Shown in pieces: positions 16,143 to 30,496 of a DNA stretch of 64,000 bases. The stretch lies in the NCBI RefSeq assembly GCF_009914755.1, contig NC_060934.1. One strand, given 5' to 3'. Positions within the stretch are counted from its first letter, which is position 1; each line of letters starts with the position of its first letter. The stretch is from the human T2T-CHM13v2.0 reference genome, Homo sapiens. The notes under the pieces are model-generated. The model was not told the DNA's origin, made no database searches, and saw only the letters and a program-made list of their open reading frames with translations. Position numbers and translations under genes: made by a program.

Positions 16143-18029
16143 TCCATCTGGGGTCTTGAGGTACAGATTTGGACTTTACCCTAAAAGCAATGGAAGCTGT
16201 AATAATCATAATCCCCAGTGGGAGAAGGCTGTCCACACTTATACTCTGAGACTCCAATGTGTCTCAGAATGTAACTTTTTTCCTGTAACTAATGTCAACT
16301 TACCTTGTCCCTCCACTGCAGGGGAATAAAAAAAAAAAAAAAAAAAAACAACAACAAACAACAACAGCAAAAAACTCATACTTGACATTCTTAATTTAAA
16401 TTGAATTTAAAAGAATCTCTTTAAGGTTAATTCTTTGGGGCAAATATTTGGTCTTTTCAGAATGTGATCTCAGTTAATTCTGGGTTTTTCTCAGCCCATC
16501 TTCAGCCCTTCTCCCTGCAACAGCCTAGCCTGTCATTGTTGTGGTAGCTGTTTGTTTGTTGTGGCGGGGCTCTGTTTCACCCTGGCATGATGGGACAGGC
16601 ACGTCCAATGGGCTTCTCCTCCTTATGTCACTCCTTGCTCTCACCAACCTCTCCAGAGATGTTTCCAATCCCTGGTCCCTGGTGGCTGGTACCTGCTGAG
16701 GTGAAGCTGGGCCCCCTGGTTCCTGCCAGTCCTCACACTCTCTAGCCTCCTTTCTCTCCCTTCCCTCCCTGCCTCTGGTTTCATGACCATGTGATAAGCC
16801 AAACTCTTGGGAGTTAAGGTTGGACCATCAGACGTGGTCCCTGCATTCCGATCCAGTCATTCGGATGGGTTGCTTTGATGCACCCCATGCTCACGCCCAT
16901 GCTAGGATAACTACTTTGTTCCAGTCTGCCCAGCAATTTCCGGTTTTAAAAGTGGAAGTTCCATGCCTGGAAAGTCCTTTGGGGTCAGGCTATTCAAATT
17001 TCTTGGTCTCTCAACACCTATTCCTCCTCTGGCCGGTGGCTGGAAGTCAGGTGGCCAGGGTTAGGAGTTACAAAAAGAATATACACTGCTCCAGATAAGG
17101 AAGTAAAGTGGTCCACACTTAGTCATAAGACTTCAATGTAGATTTCATTCCACCTTGCTGAGAATACATAACATCCTCGCTTGTATATTTGCCAAAGAAG
17201 AGGCGATTCACAGCAGAAATGAATTTGATAAAAATAAATAAATAGATCGCATGCTTTAAAGTGTAGGGATTAAGTAGCTAAGCCTTATGCTGAAGTCAGA
17301 AGAAAAACAAGAATCTTAGGTCATGTATCTAAGTTTAAACAAACATCATCTAATTCTTATTTATTTGGATAACACTTTGGAGCAGCAGAAAAAAAGTCAA
17401 ATGTTACAGTTTCGGCATCAAAAACATATGTAAAGAAGCTGTTACTAACCCACGCAGTTGATGGGAACTGCCCTTTTGGAAGGGGTACGGAAGAATGCCT
17501 TTGTGCTGCGGAGTTTTTATGTTCTTGACTTACCAGATCAAGGACAGATGTGAATGTATTTTCAACTTCATAACCAACAGGGAGTATTGCAACCTAAGCA
17601 GCTGGGGAAGAAAGCTGTGTATAATACAACGTTCTTTCTAGAAACTGACTTTTATTTTAATAGGCAAACTGGGAGCCATTGAGGGTGTATATTTTGATTC
17701 ACTGGGAGAAATATGGTTTGGGGGTGTAAGATGGGGACATCTTGGAGTTTCTCCTGGTGTTAGGAGAAGTCCCTTTTTGTCCCTGACAGAAGAGGTCCCT
17801 CTTTAAATTAGTGCCCAGCTGTGTTTTTTGTCAGGGGCCCAAACCTGGCAGGAACACAATTTGGAGGTAGAATCTGCGCATAGGATTACTAGGTGCCAAG
17901 TCCCGTGCTATGCTCTACATGTGTTATGTCGTTTGATTTTCAGAATGATCTTTTGGGGAAGGTATTGCAGGTCCTAGGCCCTTATCCAAAAATGCTTGGG
18001 GCCTCATGTGTTTTAAAATTGACCTTCTA

Positions 18030-18159
18030 GGCTGGGTGTGGTAGCTCCCACCTGCAATCCCAGTACTTTGGGAGGCCAAGGCCAGCGGATCACTTGAGCT
18101 CAGGAGTTTGAGACTAGCCTGGGCAACCTGACGAAATCCCATCTCTCTAAATAAAATAA
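18030..18159 (+). mobile_element. Alu left monomer (FLAM_C-like)
   Basis: Single Alu arm with A-rich tail and TSD TAAAATTGA(C/T)CTT. Confidence 0.85.
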
Positions 18160-18174
18160 TAAAATTGATCTTTT

Positions 18175-18378
18175 GGCATAAGAATGATATAATAGACTCT
18201 GGGGACTCAGGTGGGGGGTGTTGAGAAGTGTGAGGGATAAAAGACTGCATATTGGGTACAGTGTACACTACTCAGGTAATGGGGGTACTAGAATCTCAGA
18301 AATCACCACTAAAGAACGTATCCATATAACCAAAAGCCACGTGTACCCCAAAAACTATTGAAATAAAAATAAACATTA
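18175..18378 (+). mobile_element. L1PB-like 3' end
   Basis: GGCATAAGAATGATA...TCTCAGAAATCACCACTAAAGAAC...CTATTGAAATAAAA. Confidence 0.8.
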
Positions 18379-20289
18379 AAAATTGACCTTTATCCCCTTC
18401 AGATTTTAGAAAAGGAACAATACGGGGCATGGACCATACATTATGTAACACCACCAGCCACCCATAGGGTCTGCGGTAGCATCCTTGGATCAAACACATT
18501 CGTATTTTGCATGAAAACTATAAATATTTACATTTGGTGTGACAAATAATTCTAATTTGCATTATATCAATTCAGGTCAGACTTCACCAATAAATGAGTT
18601 TTAGTGCCAAACTTTTGAAAAAAAAAAAAAAAAAAAAAAGAAGAAGGCCTTTTCTGTTTTCAGAACTTTTTGGATTTCAGAATGACAGGAAGGAATTTTG
18701 AACCTGTATTATCATTCATGCCCAGTCAACAGATCAGGAAACTGAGATTGAATGTGTCCATTATTTGCTATATCTCGCTGTCTTCTAATTTTCAGCAACT
18801 GTTTCAAGATTTACTCCATCTCTTTTGGGCCAATACTCAAATCTTTTTTGAATCTGAGTTTAGCCACTCCAGGCTTTGGCCCAGCCCCTGCCAGTCCTTC
18901 TCCCTGGACTCACCAGCCGGCTGCTGTGGCTGAGTCTCCAGTGCCCAGCTGGGTTCCCCACCCATCGACATGGGGACTTGCCTTCCTCTCTCCCTTGATC
19001 TAAACCTAGTTCTTTCTCCTTGTCTCCTCAAAAAGGAATATCTCTGGGCAAACAAAAGGCAAAAATATGGTTCACTTTTACTAAAATGAAACACTTATGG
19101 ACTCCCCTGCCTGGGACTCCCACCATGGATTGGGAGCTGTTACTGGTGTCTCCAGAACATTCTGCATCTGTCAGACAGTAAATGTTTTGAAGGAGCAGCG
19201 AAGGCGCTCTGTCCAAATGCACACATACGTAAGAAACACTGGCTTGCAGGTGGTTCAGAGAATAAAGGAGTCAAATGGTCGTAATAGAGGCGGGTGGGCC
19301 TTGCCATGACTCTGAGTTGCACATGGGTACACGCAGGGAAGAAGTATTTGCAGGTGAGGCCCAGGTGAACACTGCATGCAGGCAGCAGGTGGTAAGATGG
19401 TGAGTTGGGTCCATTCACCCATGGGAGGGAGTGTGGGTGGCTGAGAGTAGGGGATGGCAGAGTCCACATCAGCTCCTGCTCAAAACCAGAAGCATCTGTG
19501 ATTGTTGATGCCCTCTCTTTCCTAATTTCTAGCCAAGGGGAAGTGAGTGGTCCAGGACCAGGAGGTCAAAGCTATGGAGGAATTAGGTGGGTGTGCGGGG
19601 CTGGGCATGGTGGCCCTCCCTGCTCTGGCTGGGCTGCTGTTCTGCACGGTGATGGATGACTGCTGGCTCCTCAATGAATCACCAATTACCAGCTAACAGG
19701 GGTTTGTGGGCCCTTGCTGGTGGCTCTGTGGGGCTGCAGAGAGTTGGGGAACCACCAAATTTGACTTCTGCCTCTTCAGACAGCTCGTGACTGCCTTTCA
19801 AGAAGGTAAAAAAGCTTCACTATTCAGAAAGCGAGTGGCCGAGAGAGCTAGGGATAGAAGAGCAAGCAAGCTCAATCACGCCTAGGCAGAAAGAAAACTT
19901 TTGCTGAACTGCAGAAGTTCTGTAGTTTACTTGGCTCCCCCGCTGACCCAACTAATGTTCTAACTTTCAAAGAACCAGGTAGGAGTCTGACATGCTCACG
20001 GAGAAAAGAGACAGAAAAATCAAATCTTCCCTGAGAACTTTTAAAGTTACTTTCTTCTCTCCATTTCTGAAGGGACTTGGGTCCAAGTTCTTGCCCAGAG
20101 AAAAATTGCTCCTGAGAGCTCAGGGAGTGCAGAGAGAGCGTGTGCTTGGGAAGATGCCCCCAGGGGCAGAGGGAATTCTGATAAGGACCCTATAAACAAG
20201 AGATGATGCAGATAACAAAACCCCACCCTGGCCCTCAATGGCTCTGAGCCAGGCCCTGTGCTGAGGCTGAGTGTGGGGAACATTATGCT

Positions 20290-20483
20290 TTGTTATCAAT
20301 TCTAAAACAAGACTCCACTTCATATTTTGATATCACCAACATTTGGATGTCTCTTACAATTCGTGGCATGTCAGCGTTAAATCCTAGTTTAATTCACAGC
20401 ATTTTTTTTTTTACTTTTTCCAGTGGTATTTAAAATAATAGTGCATTTTATCACCTGTGGCACCTTAGATTTCTGCAAGTCGG
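20290..20483 (+). mobile_element. MER104-like Tc2 MITE
   Basis: ATCAATTCTAA...GATGTCTCTTACAATT...AAAATAATAGTGCATTTTA...CTTAGATT resembles MER104. Confidence 0.55.
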
Positions 20484-21185
20484 GCTATACCCTATCTTAC
20501 ATATGAGGCCTGGAGAGGTTAGGAAACCTGCCTAAGGCCACACAGCCACTATTTGGACTTGAAACAAGGTGTATCTGGCTCTCAGTCACTGGCTTTCAGT
20601 GGGACTAGAGCTGGAGGTCCCATCCTTGCAGGGAAGGGAATGTCCACTCTCCAGGCAAGCATGAGGAGGGACGGGGGGCTTGCAAATCTGGCCCAGCCTG
20701 CTGGGCTACTGAATGGGAAGTGCGGTGATGGGACACCGGCAGCACAGGGCTGGTCTCTGTTTCCTGCACACAAGATTCTGTTTTTGTCACTGCTTAGCTC
20801 TTAAGCATCTGTTAGTTTTCAGAATCTGCCTCTGAGTTAGAGTCACTTTAACTCAGAGTAACCACATTATCAAAGAAAAAAATAATGGGAATCTTTTGGA
20901 TCAAGAGTGACTAATTCTTTCAGGGAGGCAGTGTGGAACTGGAAAGAGGCCAAAGATTGAAGTTTGGTACGTCCGGGTTTGAATCCTGATTCTTGCTGCT
21001 AAAAGCAAGCTGGCAAGTTGCCTAGACTCTCTGAGCCTCGGTGTTTTCATCTGTAAGATGGGAACAATGACGCCACCTACCTGGAAGTACTGCTGTGAAG
21101 ATTTTGTGTGTGGAAAATGTCCGGGGCATGGTAGGTGCTTGTTAATCGAAGTTACTATTTTATTGTTGTTCTTATATCTTATCCT

Positions 21186-21223
21186 GAGGATGATGATGAT
21201 GATGAAGAAGATGATGAGGATGA
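21186..21223. repeat. (GAT/GAR)n imperfect trinucleotide repeat
   Basis: TGAGGATGATGATGATGATGAAGAAGATGATGAGGATGA. Confidence 0.85.
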
Positions 21224-23688
21224 ATGGACCCAGCAGGGCCTTCTCTCAGTTGTCACACATCTCTGACACTCTCCCCTCCTGGGGCTCGGCCACCCCTGTC
21301 CACTTTGCTCCCCAGTTGCTGGGTGGATGTCCTCCCTCTCAGCCTCCTGGCCGGAGGTGCAGCCCTGACTGCGATCCGGGCAAACCCTCTACCGGCCCAG
21401 CATGCCCAGGCTCTGGCTCCCTTTGAGAATGGTCCCTTCTGTGAAGAGGTGGCTGAGAGGGGCCGTGAGGGTACCTTTAACGCCCCCAGGGGCCGGCTCC
21501 CGCATGGCACTTCCTCCTTCGTTCATTTCAGGCCTCTCAACTCCCAGCTTTTGTGGGTTAAGGGGCAGCACCAGAGGAAACAGCAGTGACAGCCTTGCCC
21601 AATAGTGTCTAGGTGTTGTTCACACACTGGGATTTCCTACTGAGGGATGGAGGGCACTCAACTTCCCCCATGGGGTCCTTGGGAGGTTAAGTTGTAGCCC
21701 TTTGCCCAGGTGCTCCCAGCGCCCCGACATACCTAATGTGCCCCCAAGACACTCATGCAAGTTGGAGTCCATAACTTAGGCCCTCACTTGGGACCCAAGT
21801 ATACAGACAGTTACCTCTGTATTCTGTCAACCTCACCACAAGCCAACAGAGACCCAGAGAGGTTAAATGTCAAGTCCAAGTTCACAGAGCCAAGATGCAG
21901 ACAAAGCCTAGATTTGAATGGCCATGTGAGCTCTGGCCCCTTCCTATACCCAGTGACTCAGGTCAACTGGCAGGATAGCTGTTGTTTGCCATAGAATCTG
22001 GGCAAGGCTTAAGCAGCAGAAAAGGGGAAAGGGCCATTTGGGGAAAAGAGCTCAGGGAGAAAAAGCAGGGCTGGAAACCCACCTGCTCGGGGACTGTGGC
22101 TGCTTTTCTGAAGACAGAGCTGGGCCCTCAGCCCGCCTCCAGCCCAGTGCAGGAGGGGGCTGGGAGGGCCCCTCATGTTCCTACCCAGCCTTGCACAGGC
22201 CCCTTTGGGCTTGCTCCAGAGGAAGATCCTGAATGGTCTGGCTGGAAACTCCCACAAATCTGCTCAGGAAGGCTATCATCACAAGAACTTTCTAGAAAAG
22301 GAGGTCCCCATTGCTCCCTTTTAGTCAGAGCCTAGAGCTCCACTCCCATGGATGGTTATAAACCTGACCGAAGAAGACAGGGGAGCGTTTCAGGAATCTC
22401 ATTCCAAAAATAGCCATCAAATTTCAAATTCCAGCCCACAGCAAGCAGTACAAAGATTCATATCCGCTCCAGTGATGTCTCTGGCTGCCATTCCCTCCTC
22501 CCTTTGTCTGGGATTCCTGCCCCAGCCCCCGCACTGGCCCCTGCCATCTCTATTTAGTGAGCTCCCAGACCTTCTCCAAGACCCTGTGCAAATGTCACCT
22601 CCTCAGAGATGCCCTCCTGACTCTCTTAGAGCACAGTGCCTCCTCTGGTGCTTCCGATGCCTCTTGGAAACCTGTACTAGGTCTCTCAGTGTACTTGCCC
22701 ATCATCTCCCCTAGATAGTACAGTGCTTGTAATACAGTAGGTGCTCAATAAATGCAGGTGGAACAAATGCATGCATGCATAAATGGCCATTTTAGCTTCG
22801 TTTATGCTGGAAGTTGCAGGGAAGTCATTAGATCTTTGCATCAGCCTGTTGAAGTGCATTTCATCTGAAGATTGTATGACAGTGGTCATAATAAAAGAAA
22901 CAGTAATTGCTGCCAAGGTCTCTGCTCGCTTGTGAAGCCTGGATGGAGAGGCTGGTCGGACTTGGTCCTGGTAGCCTTGTCTTTACTGTCCTCTTGTGGC
23001 CAAAAGTTGCTGCTGCATCTGGAAAAGCTGGCAATTTCAATGAGGCCACAGGGGGATATTTTTACCTGTTGGAGCACAATCTTTTTGGGATCCCTGAGTC
23101 ATTTTGAGCCCAGTTCCCCATAGACTGTATGTAATGTGATCCTCCTTCTCGGGCCTTGAAAATATGTTAAAATAAATAATAAGCAGCAATTGATAGGGCC
23201 TGAGCAGCCGCAAAAAGAGCATTAGAGACTCCATCAACTCTGACTTAGGCCTGTGTTAGGTACTTGGGTGTGGAAGGGAAAAATATAACAAAGTGTGTGA
23301 CAAATTTATGCACTCAGAGACTTTGCTGTCTATTTCTAACACCTTCATCAAAAGTGAACAATACCATACACTAATAAACAAAAATACCCATTCATCTAGT
23401 AGCCAAGGTTTGGAATCAAATGGCCCTGGATGTGTATCCTGGCCCCACCACTGATTGCCTAGGTGACCTCGAAGGAGTCACTTCGTTGCTCTGAATGTCG
23501 TTTCCTCATCTGCAAGATGGCCTTTTAGGTGTACCCCCTTCCTCCTTCGCAAAACTATAATGATTAACTGAGATGACATGTGTCAAGCCTTAGCATGGTG
23601 CCAGCACAGAGTAAGTTCTCATAAAAGCTAGCCATTATTGTTACAAGTAAGGTTTTTAATTGTCTGATGCAGAGAGAGAACCGGGTGA

Positions 23689-24144
<456 letters not shown>

Positions 24145-25389
24145 TAATATGATAAATTGGTCATGGGCAAGGTGATCCATAGGGCTGCCATTGTCCCAGG
24201 CTGCATGGAGGAGGCAGGCTGCTATCAGTTGGCTCTAGCCAGAGTCTGTTTGCTTCGCTCTTTCCCGCCTTACGCATGGCAGACATCACTAATCGATTAC
24301 AGATCTCTTTCACATAGATCATGAATATAATTTCAGAATTATTCTCATAATACAGCTCCAGGCAGTTATAACAGTTAAGCAGAATGGGAAAATGGCATAC
24401 AATCTAATTTACCTTTCCAGCTCTTGGCACATGGGTAGATTAAAGATGTATAGAGGAAGGAGGAGAGCATTTTAGCTGGAGGCAGTAAAGGAAGTTGAAT
24501 TATGAGTGAGAGATCTGATAGGAAAAGGAAGGAAATTAAAGACAGGCTGGGTTATGGAGCCCCTTGACTTCAGGCTGACTTAAAGCAGTAGGCAACAGGG
24601 AATCGCCAAAGGCTGCTGGGCAAGAAACCGTGGTAACGGTCCTATGGGGGCAAGATGTCTCTGGCAGCCAGTGCCAGGTGGATTGCAAAGGGACTGAGTA
24701 GGAGGGCTGGAACTCAGGACAAGCTGCTGAGGGATGCTGGAAAGGAAAGCTTGGTGGACGCGCTGACTCCTGGCACATTAAGAATGAAGAAAGTGGTGCC
24801 ATCCAAATGGTTTCTCCGACCTTGACCTCCACAGGCTGGGAGAATAACAGCACCTCCACCAGGAAGTGTGGTTGGGCACCGAGGAGAGAATGTGCTTTGT
24901 TTCAGGCATGTGGATTTGGAGAGCCTTTGGGACATCTATGCAATTTCCTGTGGGCAGCTGTAAATGGGAGACTGGAGCCAGAGCTAGAGCTACAGATATT
25001 AGAAAGAAAAGAGAGAAAAATAGTTCATGCTTTCTGGGCCCAGCCTCGCTTTTACTCAAAGCAGTTTGGGTAGGAAAAGAAAGAGCACATTCAGGAAAAA
25101 GACGAACTGGGCGAAGGTCATGGCTTAATTAAGAGGCATTCACTGCGATATGGTTATTCCAAAAGACACTGCATATCTGGGTCAAGTATCCTTTTCACAA
25201 TAACACCTAAAATGAGTAGGAAAAATTTTTTTTGGTAACAGGGAACAGTAAGTCTCATGCACAGGAGTCCTAATGTCCCTGTTGCTAAGAAAGAAAGTAC
25301 ATATTTCACTGAAATACCCGAACAATCAGAAGGGAGGTCAGAGGGACAATTCCTTTATTAGAAGACTCCATTTCCTAATGGGTAATAAA

Positions 25390-25620
25390 GTCACTTGGAC
25401 TCTAAGGTCAAACAGACCTAGATTTGAACCTCAGCTCCACTACTTCCTTGCTGTGTGACCTTGGGCAAGATACTTAACCTCTCTGAACCTTGGTTCCTTC
25501 ATCCATAAAGTGGAGATAATAGAGTACCTAATTCACAGGGCTGTGGTGGTAACCAAATGAAATAATGCATATAAAAGTCTAGTCTAGTACTGGACACATA
25601 ACAAGCATTGAGTGCATGAG
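25390..25620 (+). mobile_element. MIR (representative; others near 320, 4600, 20930, 23410, 26200, 27780, 28480, 30030, 36300, 44440, 45180, 49650, 50850, 55620, 59400)
   Basis: MIR core GCTGTGTGACCTTGGGCAAGATACTTAACCTCTCTGAACCT...ATCCATAAAGTGGAGATAATA. Confidence 0.8.
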
Positions 25621-28600
25621 AATTGTCTTCTATCCAATACCTAACATTTTAAAGATTTTAAACAGACAGTGCATATTTTCATCACTGACATGATTTCTGG
25701 GAAGTCCTCTGAGGGACACAGAGAAAATCTAACCTGATATGAACCAACAGGGTGCATTTCTTTTGTCTAAGTCCTCCAGTAAGGGACAAAGTAGGAGAGG
25801 CTTCAGGAATCCATAGATTAACAGCAGCTGGCCATGGTCCATCAGTGTGTTCTTCTGGGAGGGGCTGGAGGGTTCCATTGTCTGGTCTCCTGCGTCTTTG
25901 CCATTTCTACCGGTTTACATGATGCAGGCATTCCTGAGGGGTCACGTGGACCTGTGCTATGGGCCCCTTGACCTGTAGGTGGGGATGCTCTACCAAACCA
26001 AAGGAGACATCTCTAAGCCATGGCCAGTAAACAGAGAAGGTCTTCTTGCCTCAGGCCTATTTTTGAGGAGATCTTTGGAGAATGTTTACCACTGATGGCC
26101 AGCATCAGTGGTAAAATTAAAAATCTGGAAGGTTCTGGAAGGTTCCAGTTTAGGCTAGAAAGACAATGTATTGCGGAAGGGTTAAGTGTGCTATATAATA
26201 ATACCTAACATTTACTGAGCAATTACTATGTGCCAGGAACTGTTCTAGGTATGTTCCAACTTTACTCCATCCTCACTAAGACCTATCAGGGAATAACCAT
26301 CCCCATTGTACAGATGGGTGACTGATGCTCAGAGATGTTAAATAGCTTGCCTCAGCTTTCACAGTTACTAAGGGGCAGATGCAACATTTGAACCCAGGGA
26401 GACTGATTGCAGAGCCTGCACTCTTAACTACTGTGCTGTAGCCCTGTGCCAGGGCTGGGCTTCAGACTTGAAGGGGAAGGGCTGTCGTGGGGATCCTGAG
26501 CTTCTGAAGAGAGGCTCTGCTGGTAAAGGAGTTGCCCGTTAAGTCCTGAGTTCCCAGAGCCTGAGCCCAGATAAAGAGCTGTTCCCTTAGCTGTTCCCAG
26601 AGATGAGTCATCCTCAGGAAGCCACTGACTCTTCTCAGGGCTCCTGTCCTTTCATCTCCTTGTCCCCTTCCTGGGAATAAATAGGATACGGAGAGAATTT
26701 CTCTGATTCCTATATTTACTCAGATATTCTTCTCATCCCCAAACATCTTAATAGGAAAGGTAAAAACATCCCTGTGACATCATTCTCCTCCCAACTGATG
26801 AGGAGCTGGGGATGGCCCCAGTGGAGGTGAGCGGCTCTCCTTGTTGAAAGTGTAACCGAGGGACGTGCCAACTTGTCCCCACCTCCCCATCCACTCTAAA
26901 GAAGACCCTGAGAGTGGGAGGGCAAGGCTGGAGTGGCAGGAAGGGACTTCTGCTCCCAGGATCCCCTGCTCCAGGAGTAGGAGCTTGAAGGGTTCATGCC
27001 AGGGGAGGGGACATGAGATTTGCACAGTGGTCTCTTGAAGCCATTGGCATGAAGGTACGATGACGCGTCTTAGCGTCTCAGGATGAATCTCAGGTAGCAC
27101 TAGTATAAAGAGTACTATGAAGAGGTATCTCAGGTCACACAGGCCTTTGGAGGATGGTGCACAGGGACTTCTGATGCTGTTCTATCCCTGGATCCTGAGC
27201 ACAAGTGAGACCAGGAATGCTATGAAATAAAAGACCAACATTCACTTATTCAGGGATTCACTCATTTATTCCAAGAACATTCACTGGGAGCTTTCTCTGG
27301 GCCTAGAACACTGCCGCGAGCTGGGGGTGCAAAGTCCAAATGGACATGCTCCCCAAGGAGCCTGCTCTTAGTTAGAGAGACCCAGGCACCCGGCTAGAGG
27401 ATCACACAGCCCCAAGTCGCTGTTTGGAAGCTCAGAGACCCATGGGAGCTTTCACTTCTGACCCCCCTGGGAAGACACATTAGCAAAGTGACCTTATTTA
27501 GGGCTAGGAGGAGGTAGGTGGCAGCAGGCACCCCTCGGGGTTCCCCACTGAATGGGGTGCTCACTGACCCTGGACCCTACACTCGGCTAACACCTGCTTC
27601 TTGGTTCATCCTGAGGGAGCCTTGGAGTTGGTGGGGCTTGTCCGAGTTGAAGGCATAAAGAAACTCATTCCTCTCTCTGTTCCCCACCATCACCCAACCT
27701 ATACAAGCAGCACTGGGCCATGGGGAGAAAGGGGACAGGGAGCTCTGAGATGCTTCTCTTTGGAGGGGCAGGCAGAATATCAGAGCTCAGACATTCAGAT
27801 TTGAAGACAGATCCATCTTGATTCAAATCCCAGCTTTGCCCCCTTGAGCAAGTGTCTTAATATTTCTGAGCTTCCACTTCCCTAACTGCAAAGAGTAGAT
27901 GATAAGAGGGCCTCCCTAGTAGGGCTCTGCAGACAGTGAAATGCAGTGATGTCTTCAAGGCTTTTGGCATAGCACCTGGTACATTGCAGCCTGCAACAAA
28001 TGGTAGCTATTATCATAACAGTATTAAGTACTTTTTTTTTTTTTAACCATACTCTAATTCTTTGAAAACTGGAGTGAATTTGGAGTTAGAAAAACTGGCT
28101 TAGAATCTGGGAGCCTCTTTTTCCTGGTCATAGGGAAAAGAAAGGGGTCTCTTGGGGTCTGCCCTATTGTGCTGTAAGGATCAAATGAGGCAACAGATGA
28201 GGAAGAGTTTTGTAGATCAAGTGCAGTGTAAGTGGAGATGATTATGAGCCAATTGTTCCTGCAGCTTCCTCCGTCCCACCTCTGTAGTGAGCACCACCTG
28301 CCACCCAGTGCTTCCTCCTCTCCTCTGAGGCCTTCTAGCCCCTCTTTGACATTGAAGATTTCCAAATGGTTCTATTTTTGACTTCTGCTAGTCTCTAATG
28401 AAATGAGACTCAAAGTTCGCTGCGGATCAGCCCTGTGTCTCACACCTTGATATATAACCAAGGGTCACTATTATTGCACCTGGGACGTGCTAAGCATTTT
28501 GTAGGCATCATCTCATGGTTTCCTCCCAGCAACTCTGCCAGGAAAGGACCACTGTTGTCTCCATTTCCTCCATGTGAAAACTGAGACTTAGAGAAGTAAG

Positions 28601-30208
28601 CAACTTACCAAAGATCTAACAGCCAGTGTGTGTGTGACTCTTTCAGCAGGACCCACAGCAGGAATTTGAACACAGATCAGTTAGACCCCAAGCCAAGCTC
28701 TTAGTCCCATACAGAGTTGGGCCCTGGTGGAAGAATTGTTTGGCCTAAAGTGTCAACAGTGTCAAGATTGAGAAGCCCTTGTGTAGACCCAAGGATGGGC
28801 AAAAGGCTCTTAGGAAGATGGCAGCGCTTCACAGATGCAGTGCCCAAGTCTCTCTGGCCACGGAATCCCCCAGAGGTAAATATCCTCCACATTACTGCTG
28901 GCATTTCCTTCTCTACTCCACGAACTACTTCACTGGGACATATTCCAGGCCACTTCCTGCTGCTTGGCGCCTGCTGTGTGTCTAAGCTGAGGATGATGGA
29001 TTTTCTGTGCTCAGGGCCATCCATGTGTGTACGCAGCCCTGATGTTGTGTGTGTATCCTGCATCCTGAAGTGTAATTTATTAGGTCTAATCCCTGTCTGG
29101 GGTAACGGTAAGTCTTCCCTCTAGAAATGCTGAGGAGGGGGGAATGTGCTCATTATTATTTCATTAGGACACCACTGGGTATTCCAGGAGTCCCAGAGTA
29201 GATATCACATGTTCCTCGGGTGATTTAGAGGAGACAGCCTGGGGCCTCGTTCCTCCAAAACTCGGGAAAAAATATCCACAGATTTCCATAAATATGTCCT
29301 GGCCTCTCTTCTGATTACTAAATTCCTTTCTTTTCACCTCATGCCAATTTTGTCTTTCCACATAAGTACAATATACAAACATTTCAAAAGAAAGCATGGG
29401 ATATTTACTGTTTCCTCAACAATGCAAGCAATAGTTTCAGAAGCTAATGTCAGCCTCAAAAGTTTCCAACCTCAAAACTTGTGTTTCTGCATCTTCTCTC
29501 TGAAATCAGCTTTGATGAAGGCTACCAGGACAAGATAGCATTTCATAGATTCTCCTTCTTTGTCCAGCTCAGCCTGTCTAAATGCAGAGTGAGGGGAAAG
29601 GCATAGAATTATCAAGAGATGCCCAAGCTCTGTTTCCCCAAGAAGGATCCACACTCTCTCAATCATCTAGCCTTGTCCTTCATTCTCCAGCCCCCTTCCC
29701 ATGTGCATGGTAAGCTTAACATACCCAACATGATTTGAATGTCACTGGATTCCAATTCCCCAACTCACAAGGTAGATGTTCTTCACATGAGCATTTCAAC
29801 TCAGATACCTTTTGGGTCCTTTCCCTTCCCATCCTATTGAATGGAGCCTGCAACTGATTTGATTTGAGAATGAATCATGGAGGTTACTTTTCTTGATACT
29901 GCCAAGTGCTTGCACCCTGCCCACAGTTGCCCACCATCACCATGGACCTTGCAACTTTGTCCATCACTACCAGAAGCAGCTGGACTGGGCGTGGGTCACA
30001 GGGGGGCTGAGGATTCAAAACCTTGGGGTCAAATCCTAACACAATAGCTTGGTAACTAGATCCCTTGGGAAAATCATTTCCCCTCTATGAGCCTCAGTTT
30101 CCTCATCTGGCAAATGGGAATCTTTGTACCTACCTGACCGGGTTGTGCTGAGCAGCAAATGAAATAATGCATGTGAAAGCAGTTTTCAAACTGCAAGGGG
30201 CAACTTGG

Positions 30209-30496
30209 GGCCAAATGCGGTGGCTCATATCTGTAATCCCAACACTTAGGGAGGCTGAGGCAGAAGGATTGCTTGAGCTCAGGAGTTCAAGACTAGCCTG
30301 GGCAACAGAGTGAGACCCCATCTCTACTAAAAATCAAAAAAGTTAGTTGGGTATGGTGGTGTGTGCCTGTAGTCCCGGCTACTCAGGAGGCTGAGACAGG
30401 AGGGTCACTTGAGCCTGGGAGGTCGAGATTGCATTGAGCTGTAATCACCCCGCTGAACTCTGGCCTGGGCAACAGAGACCCTGTCTTGAAAAAAAA
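30209..30496 (+). mobile_element. AluJ
   Basis: Diverged dimer. Confidence 0.9.

Larger units (their letters stand above)
17968..18706 (+). mobile_element. MER46C-like Tigger MITE split by FLAM and L1 insertions
   Basis: CAGGTCC...CCCTTATCC start and GAACCTG-TA end; internal segments match MER46C. Confidence 0.7.

Noticed and set aside
16326-16375. AATAAA plus poly(A) as the end of a processed pseudogene
   Set aside because: The upstream sequence shows no recognisable mRNA/ORF and I could not identify a TSD; left as an unexplained A-rich tract.
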